Positions 1 to 11,900 of a stretch of DNA of 64,000 nucleotides are shown in pieces. Source of the stretch: Bugula neritina (taxonomy: Eukaryota > Animalia > Bryozoa). The stretch covers positions 12,038,698 through 12,102,697 of the forward strand of contig OZ037765.1 in NCBI GenBank assembly GCA_964035545.1, given 5' to 3'. Made by a program: the position numbers and the translations under genes. The notes under the pieces were generated by a model. The model was not told the DNA's origin, did not search any database, and was given only the letters and a program-made list of their open reading frames with translations. Positions within the stretch are counted from its first letter, which is position 1. Every line of letters starts with the position of its first letter.

Positions 1-700
1 AAATGCAATTGAAATTTTATTTTATCGAAAAGCAATTTTAACTAAAGGAGGTTAGTTAATTGTCGCTCGATTAATAAAACCCTGAACAAATAAAAAGGCA
101 TAATTTATTATTTTTATTGTATTTTGTTTATACTTAAACGAAATAAATTCTTAGACTTGCTTAAAATGGTATCAGGTGGCTATGTTTTGAGGATAAAATA
201 ATTCCTCTTAAAATGACTTCCAAGTTGTATATGAACTATAATACATGAACGAAAAGGCAATGGCTCAGTAACATGTGTTTATTTATTAAAAAAGCATAGA
301 AGAGTAACCAATATTGATTGCAGTTGTGTGCAAGTCTCATAACTGAAAAATCAAAGTTTACAGTGCACAGTTAAACATAGCCAGGAATTCTTGATAAATT
401 GAAGCTATCCAAATGAATTAACTAATACTTTAATCTAGTGTTACTCAAGTTGATAAGCAAATGACATAATAAAATAATATTCAACTACTTTGGTGAGCTC
501 CGTGAGGAGTGACTTTAGGTGAGACAACTCTACAGATGACTTATCAAAACTCTGAATACTAAAGAGAGATTTTTTTCCTAAACTATTTTAGATAAAAAAA
601 TTAATTTAGTTAATTTTTTTGCTTTTCTAATTTTTAGTAAAAAAAATCTGAGCTGAGCATATAATTGTAATTTTATTTTTGGCGTTCAAAGATTGTGTAA

Positions 701-712
701 CTTCCTTTTCTC
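701..712 (+). promoter_or_regulatory. 5'TOP/TCT-type pyrimidine tract at the likely RPL15 transcription start; probable non-coding exons 701-749 and 864-876
   Basis: CTTCCTTTTCTC at 701, followed by donor CAG|GTTTGT (750), acceptor TTTTCAG (863) and donor TAG|GTTAAT (877). This layout is typical of ribosomal protein genes. Confidence 0.7.
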
Positions 713-1500
713 GTTGCGTTGTCTCTCAGAGGTTGCGAATAATATTCAGGTTTGTAATTTATTTTTAATCGAGCTCTATCTTGTTGCCGAATTGACAATG
801 ATGCATTTTTTATGTGTTTAAACCTAGCCAAACTCTAACAATACCGCTTTCTTGTATTTTCAGGACGGCTAGTTAGGTTAATAGTTTGTATTTGCCGTTA
901 AAAGTTTTTCGCCATCAATATGACTTGGGCCAACCCACTGAACACTCAGTTTAACATAGTCTAAGCTACGGTCTTGAGAGTAAATGTATTTCTTTACCTT
1001 TTCAACGCTATTCTGGTCTTCAAGCAAGTTGAAGTTGGGGGGAATTTTAATCAACGACTAATGGCAGACTAACAAATACAATAACGACTCTTCCACAGTT
1101 TCATTTTCAATTCGTTCAATTTTTGAAAAAAAAAAGAATTTAAACATCAAATTAAATGGTCGCACTGACACTCATATGTTACGCTTACTTTTGCAACTTA
1201 CTAGTTTTTATTTATAATTTAAATTATCATTGTGATATCTTAAAACCAAGACTTAAAGTAAATGCTATTTTTTAATATCCTGGCCAACTCGAAAACCAAA
1301 CCATTTTAATTATCATTATGATTACGGAAACTAGAAATTCATACTCATAGTCTTGCTATTTCAGTATTTGGTAGGTTGCCAATATAGTTAAACTCGAAGA
1401 GATGCATAATTTTGCTAGATTCTATAAAATATAATTCCACTTTGTTAATTCTGCACTTGTTTGTAATTCAAATTGTATGATTTTGTTTTAGGTAAGTGAG

Positions 1501-2738
1501 ATGGGTGCTTACAGATATGTGTCCGAGTTGTGGCGTAAGAAACAGAGTGATGTTATGAGATTTCTTCTCCGAGTTCGTTCATGGCAGTATAGGCAACTAA
1601 ATGTTGTACATAGAGTTCCCAAATCAACTAGACCTGATAGAGCACGAAGACTTGGATACAAATCTAAACAAGGTTCGATATTTTCCGGTGTTGTCATTGT
1701 GATTTTCTATACTTATAGTAAACTGAATATTTGTTTCTAGTGCTAATATTATTTTATGACATTCGTGGCGGTTGAAACAGGTTATCTGTCCACAGGGAGA
1801 TAATCCTCAACAGTTATCTGCTTATACCCTTTATTTAAATTAAAGCACTGAATTAATAAATTTAGAAATTAAAGTAAAAGCCCTCTAAGCATATGCTGGA
1901 GCAAAGTTGATAAGATTACAATGGTATGCAAGATAGCTACTTATTTTATGCTGTTCTAATTACAGCTTCTTTTTTCATTCTAACATAATAAATTATTACT
2001 TAGAATTAATAAGTTCTGATGACAATTTTTAACCAAAATTAAAGCTTGTTGGTGATGAAAGCATTGGCTGTGTAAAGTTAATCAATGTTTTACAGCATGA
2101 TCTTTAGACAATCATAGCTAAAAACTTAAATTGTTGGTAGATGCAGTTCATGTCTCATTTATGTATGTGATTATAATGTAGACATTTATATTTTTACTGC
2201 TTAGGGTATGCCATCTTCAGAATCCGAGTCAGACGAGGTGGACGTAAACGCCCCGTGCCAAAAGGTCAAACCATGGGAAAACCTACGAACCAGGGAGTTA
2301 ATCAGTTGAAAAATCAACGAAGTCACCAGGCTATAGCTGAGGTAAATGTCAAGTTTTAGGTTAAATATATATCTAGGAAAGCCTGTTTGTGTTAGTTATA
2401 TGTATTTATTGGTATTGTTGTTTTTCTAATAGGAAAGAATTGGCAGAAAGTGTGGTGCTCTCCGTGTTCTCAATTCATACTGGGTGGCACAAGATTCGAC
2501 CTTCAAGTTCTATGAGGTTATTTGTATTGACCCATTCCATAAGGCAATACGAAGAAACCCAGACACCCAATGGATCACCAAGCCAGTCATGAAACACAGA
2601 GAAATGAGAGGTCTTACATCAGCAAACAAAAAATCAAGAGGGCTTGGCAAAGGCCGTCGTTACAACAAGACCAATGGTGGATCAAGATGGGCCAGCTGGC
2701 ACCGCCGAAATGTTCAGAAATTCCACAGAAAGAGATAA
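1501..2738 (+). CDS. RPL15: 60S ribosomal protein L15 (eL15), 204 aa; exons 1501-1672, 2205-2341, 2433-2738
   Basis: [26 protein letters not shown]...[21 protein letters not shown]...[21 protein letters not shown]...[15 protein letters not shown] exons join in frame (615 nt). Confidence 0.98.
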
Positions 2739-5700
2739 TTATTACATATTTTCTGTATCTGAATATGGTTCAAATATAATTCTAAAAATTATGCAAGTGT
2801 CTTCTTGTTAACTAATATCTTTACAAGTTTTATTGGCAACTTTAATTTTTTAATAATCCAGTGTCTAGTTTCACTTAAGAAAAAGAAATGCATTTCTATC
2901 TGAAATTCAAGTGTGACAAACAGCTGAAACTGCAGGTGCTTTACAAATTTGTAAACGTGTCTTGAGAAAAATTTCTTGCATTATTTGAGATCTATCTTCT
3001 GCGCTTCAGTCAGGTTTGTTTTTCATTAGCTTGTTTGTATTAAAAGGTAAATACTGGCTTGTTCGGTACGTGGTACGAAACTTTTGGTTAGGGGGTCTGG
3101 TGCTTGGAGTTATATCCCCCAACTCAAGACCCTTGACCACTACACTTATTCACCAACTCAGCTGCTTATAGAACCATCCATAAATTTATACTTGTGAATC
3201 TAGCGAAGTTATGAAGCAAGTTTTCCTGGCTATTGAGGACTTGATGTTGTATGGATGACAACTCTAGTAAGGCCATAACTGGATGAATTTCCGGTGAGGT
3301 GTCAACCATTGTTACAAGCCTTGCCTGACAGTTGGAAATTATAGCCAAAGCAAAAATAGCTCATTACATACAAGCATTATGCTGGTGTAATTATTTTTAA
3401 TGAAAAGTATTGCATAATTGCTGCAATTTCATGCTGAAGGCTGTCCAACAGGCCGGATGTAGCTCCCAAGGGCATAAAACTATAAGTATTTTTTCACAGT
3501 ATACATGAATTAGAGTGAAAAATCTCCTTTTGAAAGTCTTAAATTTATACACATGCTACAAAACACACAGCCTGCATTAACTATTGGGTAGTGATTCATA
3601 AGAATTTAGAATAAAATGATTTGAAAAATGCTGATGCTGTGGCCTCCAGCTCAAACTAAAGTACACAATGTGGCTCGGAATATTCCCTTTCAGTGGCATC
3701 TCCATGCGCACTGGTGATTAATACCAGCGGCCACCAGACCACCCCTCATTTAAAGGTGCATAAGATGTCTTGTTTTTGAGTAATTCCAACATTTAAGGTG
3801 GCTACTAGTTAGAACACATTCGCATTTTTTACTATTAGTCAGTTTTAGCATAGGTTAAAGATCCTTTGTCATAGCAGAAACCGAAAACTGTATAAACACT
3901 GAACTGAAAATATTATAATTTATAGTTCAATATATATAAATATCACTCTGGCACAAACTGGCATCGAAGAACAAGTCAACATTTTGAAAGCGAAGACAAC
4001 TCTTAATTGTCTGCACCTGACAAGTAATCTCAAGTGGCTATTGATTCCTGGGTTCATCAATCTAATGATAGTACTTCCAGTGATATCCATTAGAGGCAAG
4101 CATAGTGCTCTGCAATGTATATTAGTAGAATCATCCATTACTAACTAGGCATCTTGAAATTTGTTATCCAATCCCATTGCCCGATATGCATAATAATGCA
4201 ACGCTATATGGTTGTATTGACAGGCTTTCAAGTTCCAATGCCTTGGAGAATACATAATAATGTAATATGGCTTTGCTTGTAGTGGGAATTATAGATCCAA
4301 CGACTGCTAATCACATATAGTCAGTTTTACAAGCAATCTTCGACTGAGGAAAGTAACAACACTTATAAACGCTTCACAAATTTTCATTCGTTAGCTTATA
4401 ACTGCATTGAAGTTCAGTTGTGCTTTAAACATGGGGGGATTAAAACAGTGTAATGAAAGCATTGAAAGAAACTTGTAGTCAGTTGCAGATGTTGAATTCC
4501 AAGAGTATTTGTAATGACTTTCACATGGATAGAAAACCGAGGGATTTACCTATATAGTCTGGCATTTAAAACCCAGGAGTTGCCATGTAATAAAGGAGAA
4601 ACATGGAACAAAAGTCTTGGTCATCTCACACACATCCAGTCAACCTTTGCTCCACTATGTAATGGAAATACACCTCACATTAAATTGGAATTTGATATTT
4701 GTGAACTTTCAGGTCAACTCTCAGTTATGCTAGATATGTGCTCAGATGCAGGTAAGTAAGCTGGAACTAGTCTTGCTGTTGGGTAGTTTTGGTAAATGGT
4801 AAGCTAGATGTTTGCTTGCATTAGCATTATATCTGTTATGTTTGTTAATGCTACCTTTATTAAACTAATTTGAATTTCTTCCTTACTGCACAAGTTTGCA
4901 ATGTATATCTAAGTGAACATCAACGTTGTCAAAGCTCCATACAGATCAATCAAAATATGAAATTTCTTGAGAGTTTACTGTTTCACTATAACACATTATA
5001 TATATATGTATATATCTCTTTAGGGAATGGTACAAGATTTGCTAATTAGCTGCTGATATCCTAGTTCTATCTCAGTTTCCATGAAAAAGTTAGTGTAGAG
5101 TGTAGACACTAAATGTATATCTTCATAGAGTAAAATCTTTCTTTAACTTATTCTTTTTTGAAGTTTTTTGATAGTACATCTGCTGATCAAATTTACCAGC
5201 CTTGAAAGGCTATTTGTTTTATCAGTGCATATATGAGACCATTTATTATACACGTGTTAGTAGGTCAATAGCACCTATGTGCTTTACTGTAGGTGTAAAC
5301 TTTATATTAACAATTTGCTGCTGATGCATTACCCTTTAAAAGCTACTATGTATGTTGACATCTGTCATCAATCTGCAAGTTGACAAGGTAAATTACTAAA
5401 AGAAACTGTCAAAAGAAACTGCATAGTTATAGGTATCCAAATGTAGCCATGCAAAAGTTAAACTATTTTTCATTTATGAGTTTAGCATTGCCAAAAAAGT
5501 TGGGTTTATAAGTTATCTGCTAAAAAGTTGCCAATGCCATTTACGGGCAGTTTCAAGAGAGTACCGGCAAAGTGTTGAAGAAAAAACTTAGAGGCGTCAA
5601 AATTGGTCAACTACAAATAGATTATTATATCGCCGTTAGTCAGTCGTAGCCTGTGATTTTAAATAATATCTTGCCAATGGTTAATTTTTAATTTGGTGAT

Positions 5701-5974
5701 CCGTTAACTCGTACCCTAGCCTAGCATCTAAACTGTCACGCTTGAGTGAACCGTCGCATTATCTCTTGTTTTCATTTTCTCCAGCTGCGTTTGAAGTTGA
5801 TAATCACTAATCGCAATGAGTTTGCTGGTAGCAATACGCCACTGCGACTATTGGAAGCAATTTTAACAATGCATCTGGGGATAATAAGTGTAACTGCTAA
5901 GCCGCTAATGAAGTTAATGAATGAGTATGCAAAGTTATTGGGCATTTTACTAGCCCTGAGACTCAACCTGAAAT

Positions 5975-8900
5975 ATGGCTGTACGCAATCACCATCATCA
6001 CCATGATCTTACCTGCCGCAATCAAACTACTAGTACTACTAGAAGTAAAAGCAGTCTGCTAGATGCATTGTTTTACCTAGCTATGGCATTTTTTATAGTG
6101 AAATCTACAGGCATTATTTGCATCGTTGGAATTGGCATTGGATTTGGTCTAACTACATGGATTATCTACAAAATATACCACAGAAGAAAACAAAAATTCA
6201 ATAAAACTGAGACTGGGAGCAGAACAACTGGAAGAGATCACATGACCACTGCCACTGGTCAAGCCTATCAGCCTAAGGATAAAATATCTGACCCTGAAGA
6301 CAACGATTCTCATGCTGAGACTACCACCAAGTTTAAGGTTAGTATGGCAATGAAATTGAATGAATGTCTGTGATAGCATGTTTTTGTTAATGTTATACAA
6401 GGTTCTAATTCCCCCATTGTGATTGTCATTATGGTTGTGATTGTCATCCTGGCCATATCATACTTCATAGAGTTAAACATTAAGTATCATTAACAACATA
6501 TGTAATAAGAATTTCAATTTGTAATTATCATTAATGATGAATCATTAATTACAATTGTTTTTAACAATTAGACTCAGTAGTACTGATGTTGTATTTTAAT
6601 AATCATGTGATTAACATTATGATTAACTTAAAGACAGTATAATTTATGGTCATTTAATATCTGATAGTGATAGCTATAGTGATAATGATAGTAGTATTCG
6701 TTAATCTATTTCTGAAATATAATCATGAAGCTAACTCTCTAAGTCAATGAATACTCATTAAGTCATAATTGATAAGCTGATAAGGGTTATGAGCAATAAA
6801 AATAATGGGTGAACTTAAATCAAATGTTTGTTTAATGTCAAGTACTTTAATATGACTGTAGTCATGTAAGTTATGTGTTGAAAATTAAAATAAATACAAA
6901 TCTGTATAAATATAAAAACTTTTTTTTTTATAATTATTTTGTCAATCTCATCGCATTTATCCTGTAAAAGTCTAATGCAGTTCTTATTGAAAACAGTATT
7001 TTATTTTCAGCATAAACTTAGAAATATAAGAAAAATTACGTTGCATACATACCTAAGATAATTCATTCATGAAAGTCGTCTGCAAGAAAATGTTGCATTT
7101 CTATGACATTAATTTTGTTATGATTTGATCTGTGCCAAGTTTAGTAGCTGTAGACCTGGAAACTGGTGAGGCTAGGTGGTACAAAATGAATATTTGCTAT
7201 TCATGGGCCTTAGGATTTAACAATTCATCTTCCCTATCAGCAAATAGTCTCATCACTACTCTCTTTTCACTTTGATGCAGTAGTACTAGTAGAGAAAATT
7301 TCAATAGCTTAAATTCTCTAATTTATAAATTCAGGTTTGGAGCATAGGTTTAAGTTCTCATAGGAACATAACTTCTTTTACTAGATTTTTTGATGTAGAA
7401 CGCAGGCTTTAGCCAGTTTCTCCATTACTGCACCTATCTTCTTAGTAAGTAGTTCATCACTTCCCTTTTTTTATACAAAAACAAATTCTAAAGCACTTAT
7501 TTGAACATGTATTCACAACAAACATAAATAGTTGATAAAGATGGATATGCATACATCTGACGTTGAATGACATGATTGCTATACCCTAACCTCAAACCTG
7601 GCAGATATTCAATAACATTTTGACAAGTATGCTGTAGGTTGCTTCAGTCAGTTATCCAAACACTAGCAGCATGACTCTCAAGTTTTGCTTGGCTATGGTT
7701 TCTGATTTCTAGTTCCTGTTTACAACAGATTATACTTTAATCAATGACTTCTAGTTCTATAGATTTTACTAGTAATGAAGCTGGTAAAAAGTATGTACTT
7801 TTCTGGAAACAAAGCTGAGACCGACTGCTTCATACAATGTTGTTATATCATAGTATGTAATGTCGGGTAACGAGTAGGTGGTGGAACATGTTGATAATAG
7901 CATTTAGATTACTTTTGTGAGGATGTCATAAATTATATCAGTTGACAGTCAGTCAGGCACTGTAACTGCGTGTAGGAAGAAAGCTGCATATTTCATCAAC
8001 TGAACTGCCTAGTTGCTAAATATTGTCACTTTATATTTATAATTTCATATAATCAGTGAATAGTAGTTGAACTGCTTGTTAGTTGGCAACAGTTGCCCCC
8101 ATTTACAGCTATAGTTAGTTTTACTTGTAGGCTATACATTCCTTCTCTCTGTAACTTGAAACAGGAATTTCTGGATAACTACAGTCTCAATTGGGAAAGT
8201 TGGGCAGAAAAAAGTTTATTCTTGCTACACCAGTTAGGAATCGTGTATATTTCGAACTGTAGGCATATAATATAGTAATTTATTCTTTTGTTGATCAGAG
8301 ATATGATTGTTAGTTTTGTATGTATGATTCAGTAAATATTATTTTAATGGAAAACTGTCATATGTTTGGGAGATGGCCTGATGTTCACAGAATGCTATCA
8401 CATTGAAAGTATTTCTCTTCTATTTGACTTGTATATAGAATTTTGAGTTCCACTGTTTAATCCATTAGAGGTTTCAGTCTGCCATTATTACAGTTTCTCA
8501 CTGCTTTCTGCTAGTTCATAATTATTCTGCAACTTCAACAAACACCAGAATATTAGTTTGAAGAGTAACAATAATGCAGACTCTAATGCCCATAACACAC
8601 TACAGTCGAAACGCGACTGTGGCGGCCATTTTGGAGCTGCTTGCGCATGCCTTCAACGTCACGTCCTACTTTTTGCTGGTCACACTACAGTTCACTACGA
8701 ACGATGAAAGCTAACTGTCTCTAGTCTCGCAGTAAACTTTTAAACCAATAGGAATGCCATAAACCAGTTTCTGCAGTATCCACAGTAACCAACAATTAAT
8801 CTTAGCGCAATTTTTTGAGATTTACTAGCATAATTTAATAAGATTTTCTAGTTATTTTTATTCTAATTTACTAGCTTCAATTATTCAAAATTACTAGCTT

Positions 8901-11900
8901 TATTTAATGATATTACTTAGCTTTATTCAAGCTCATTCACTAGCCTAAAGAACTAAATAGTTATAGTACGCTAATAAAATTCAACCAAATTAGAAAAACT
9001 AAATATGCAGATAAAATTTAGCAAAATTTATCTAATGAATACTTATTTTCATGATTTATTGAAACTTTCATACATAACTTCATCATAATTATTTTAAAAG
9101 TAAATTAATATAATTTTCGAAGAACCAAATCAAATAATAATGCTCGCTAGTAGCACGTGGAAAAAGTAAAAGCACTTAACCAATCAGGGTTTACCTGGCC
9201 AGCCAGTGATTGGCTGATCGCTCAACTTCAGCGATGACAGTTGAACATGTTGAACTTTCATCGCATCACGAAAAACTGACAGTTGCGTTCAGTTGTGACG
9301 TCACAGAGGTCAACGCTTAGCCTTGAAAACGCGTTCAAGATGGCCGTTTTGACTGTAGTGTGGCAGCCCCATAACACAACATAATATAATATAATAACTC
9401 GCAACTATTGACCTTGCCAGACTAATCATAATAATATAATACAGTTCTATGAAACTATTTAGTATTTGTTAGGATTATATGCCTAGTCTTCAAGAGAGTT
9501 TAGTTTAGCTCTTTATATGATAGACAAGCTTTAAGAAGTAGCTCTATCTAGAAGGTTAATTGGAGGAAAATAGCAGTATGTCAGTTTTGTGGGTGTTGCA
9601 AATTATCTAAGTTTTGGACTTTAACTGCTCAGATTTCATTTCACACCAAACTTCAAAAAGTAAATTACTAGTATTGCTGCTGCAAACTGTAGCGATGGCT
9701 GATTTTTAGTGCAATCTCGAACATTGTATAATGCAGGCTGTGCTGTTTGATAGTAATGTAAGTATATTATGCTTGGCTAGCTCTAAGCTATGGACTGTGT
9801 CAACTCTAAACTATATCAACAACACAATAACATAATGTAGGAAGTCATCAGATGTTGCTCACTTCATCCTATATGAGAGCATAAGATATCATTTATAAGA
9901 TGGCTATTTTATTGACTGAATAACTAAAACTAAGCTAAGGAACATCCATCTTAGTTTTCTACTAAGAGCGCCAATTGTAAGCTTTTAAAATGAATAAGTT
10001 GAAAAATAGTCATTTTATTACTCCAAAACCAAAATCTTAAATTCTAATCAAAATTGACCTGGGTTTAGCCCTCCCCCCCACAAAATACGTTTCCAATAAA
10101 CTAAGCTTAGCTGTGATTACATGGAGTGAATGTTCAACAGGGGTTTATACCCTGGGTTGTAACTTGGCTTAAAAAGTTGAGAGAATGAGTCTAAATTACT
10201 AAGTGGAAATCATATGCCAAGGTCAATCTTGCTTCCTATAAGGCAAATACTGTAATACTCTGTAAAACTATGTGTGCTGTAAGTTAGCTAGCTAGTAAAA
10301 CACAAGTCAGCAGTGTTGATGTATCACCATCTCTGTCAAGTAGATCCAATGTAGTAAAGATATACAGGATAAAACCCAGCTGTTGAGTTCAGTTGGAGAA
10401 ATTTGAGTAATAAGAATGTGACCTTTGACATCTTCTACCTGCTGACTGCATGTAGCATTTTTTGTTTTCTGATCTATTAAGTTGAAAGCTGCTCTCTATG
10501 TAATATTGGACCAATACATCTGATGAGATCTGCCCACGTTGAAGCTGTCTGTGCAAAGCACAGTCATATTGGTCTTTGAAAAATTGGTTTTTTAAAAAAT
10601 CAGTGATTAAACATGTAGGCCTTGCACATTTAAAAATGTCAAGATAAGGTTGGTTTTCAATTAAAAAGCCTTTCCCTTCACCTCAACTATTCTAATTTGT
10701 AACAAGCAAACCAGCATGTCCTGAAAAGTTTCTATATTGATCATAATTCTCATTATCCTGGCAAGTAGGTGAGTTAGCATTTCCCAAGCTATATATACAT
10801 ACTAATTAGTAATATAAGGCTGTTAGCTTTTATCTTTAATTAAAATGATAGTTGATGAGTTCAATACCTAATGCTACCAACTTAATCAGTGATAATAACT
10901 CTGGAATTCTTGTACTGACAAACTTCACTCATCATTGCAGTAGTGTCATTACTTTGAAAGCTAATTATCTTGGAATTGCCTAAAATAACCTGAATATTCA
11001 AACATATTCTATGTTGGCCTAATTTTCTCACAAGATATTTTAGTGAGCAATCAACCTTGGGTTTGTCCTGAGATATTTCACAAGTTTAACTTTCAGATAT
11101 GCAGTATCACTCTAAAGGCCTTTTAGAGTAATCAGTATTGTTTAATCTGCTACTGTCATCTTTATATTTATCAAATGTGCAACATACATAATGCAGTTTT
11201 TAGCATATTTGTTGTTTCTAGTGTGATATATAAATATATTATATATCTCATGCTTCATTATACTAATCTTCATGTTATAGCCATTATGTTATGTTATGTT
11301 TAATTTTCAGAAAATTCCGAGCTCAGCCATGGGAAACACCAGTTTCTCTATTTCAGCGGGTTTTGAAGTAGAACCCCTGAAACAAGGTGATGTCGAGTCA
11401 GGAATACGCCACAGACATACAATGAGTAGAGAATCAGCAGCAATGTGTGCTTCCATTGTAGAGAAGGACTCCGGTGCTTATATCTCCAGATCTGTCTTCC
11501 CCTCCAGGTCTGTCTTCCCCTCCAGCCTAGCAACGCAGTCGGGCATTAATAGTGTTCCTTGTGGAAAAAGTAGAGCTGTTGTCGACTGTACAGATGCTAA
11601 GACTAAATACGAGACGCCAAGTTTTCAAGAAACTGATTATCACTCAGATAACTGTTTGAGATCTGCAGCATCACTGAGTACTGTGTCCTTGACACCAGTT
11701 ATGAATGACAGTGGTTATCTGGAGACTGAAACAGTTTGCTCTGACCCAATTCTGACTCCTCATGGATATCCATGCAATGGTCCTGATATCCAACACCACG
11801 CAACTTTCTTCCAAGAAGATATACTTACTGAGGCTCATGAATCTAGTGAATTAAGTAGCCTGAGTGACCAGCAGATGAGAGATTTGTGTCTGGATGGCAC

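Noticed and set aside
2052-2110. C box GTGATGA in an RPL15 intron (C/D snoRNA?)
   Set aside because: There is no downstream CTGA D box or terminal stem before the acceptor.
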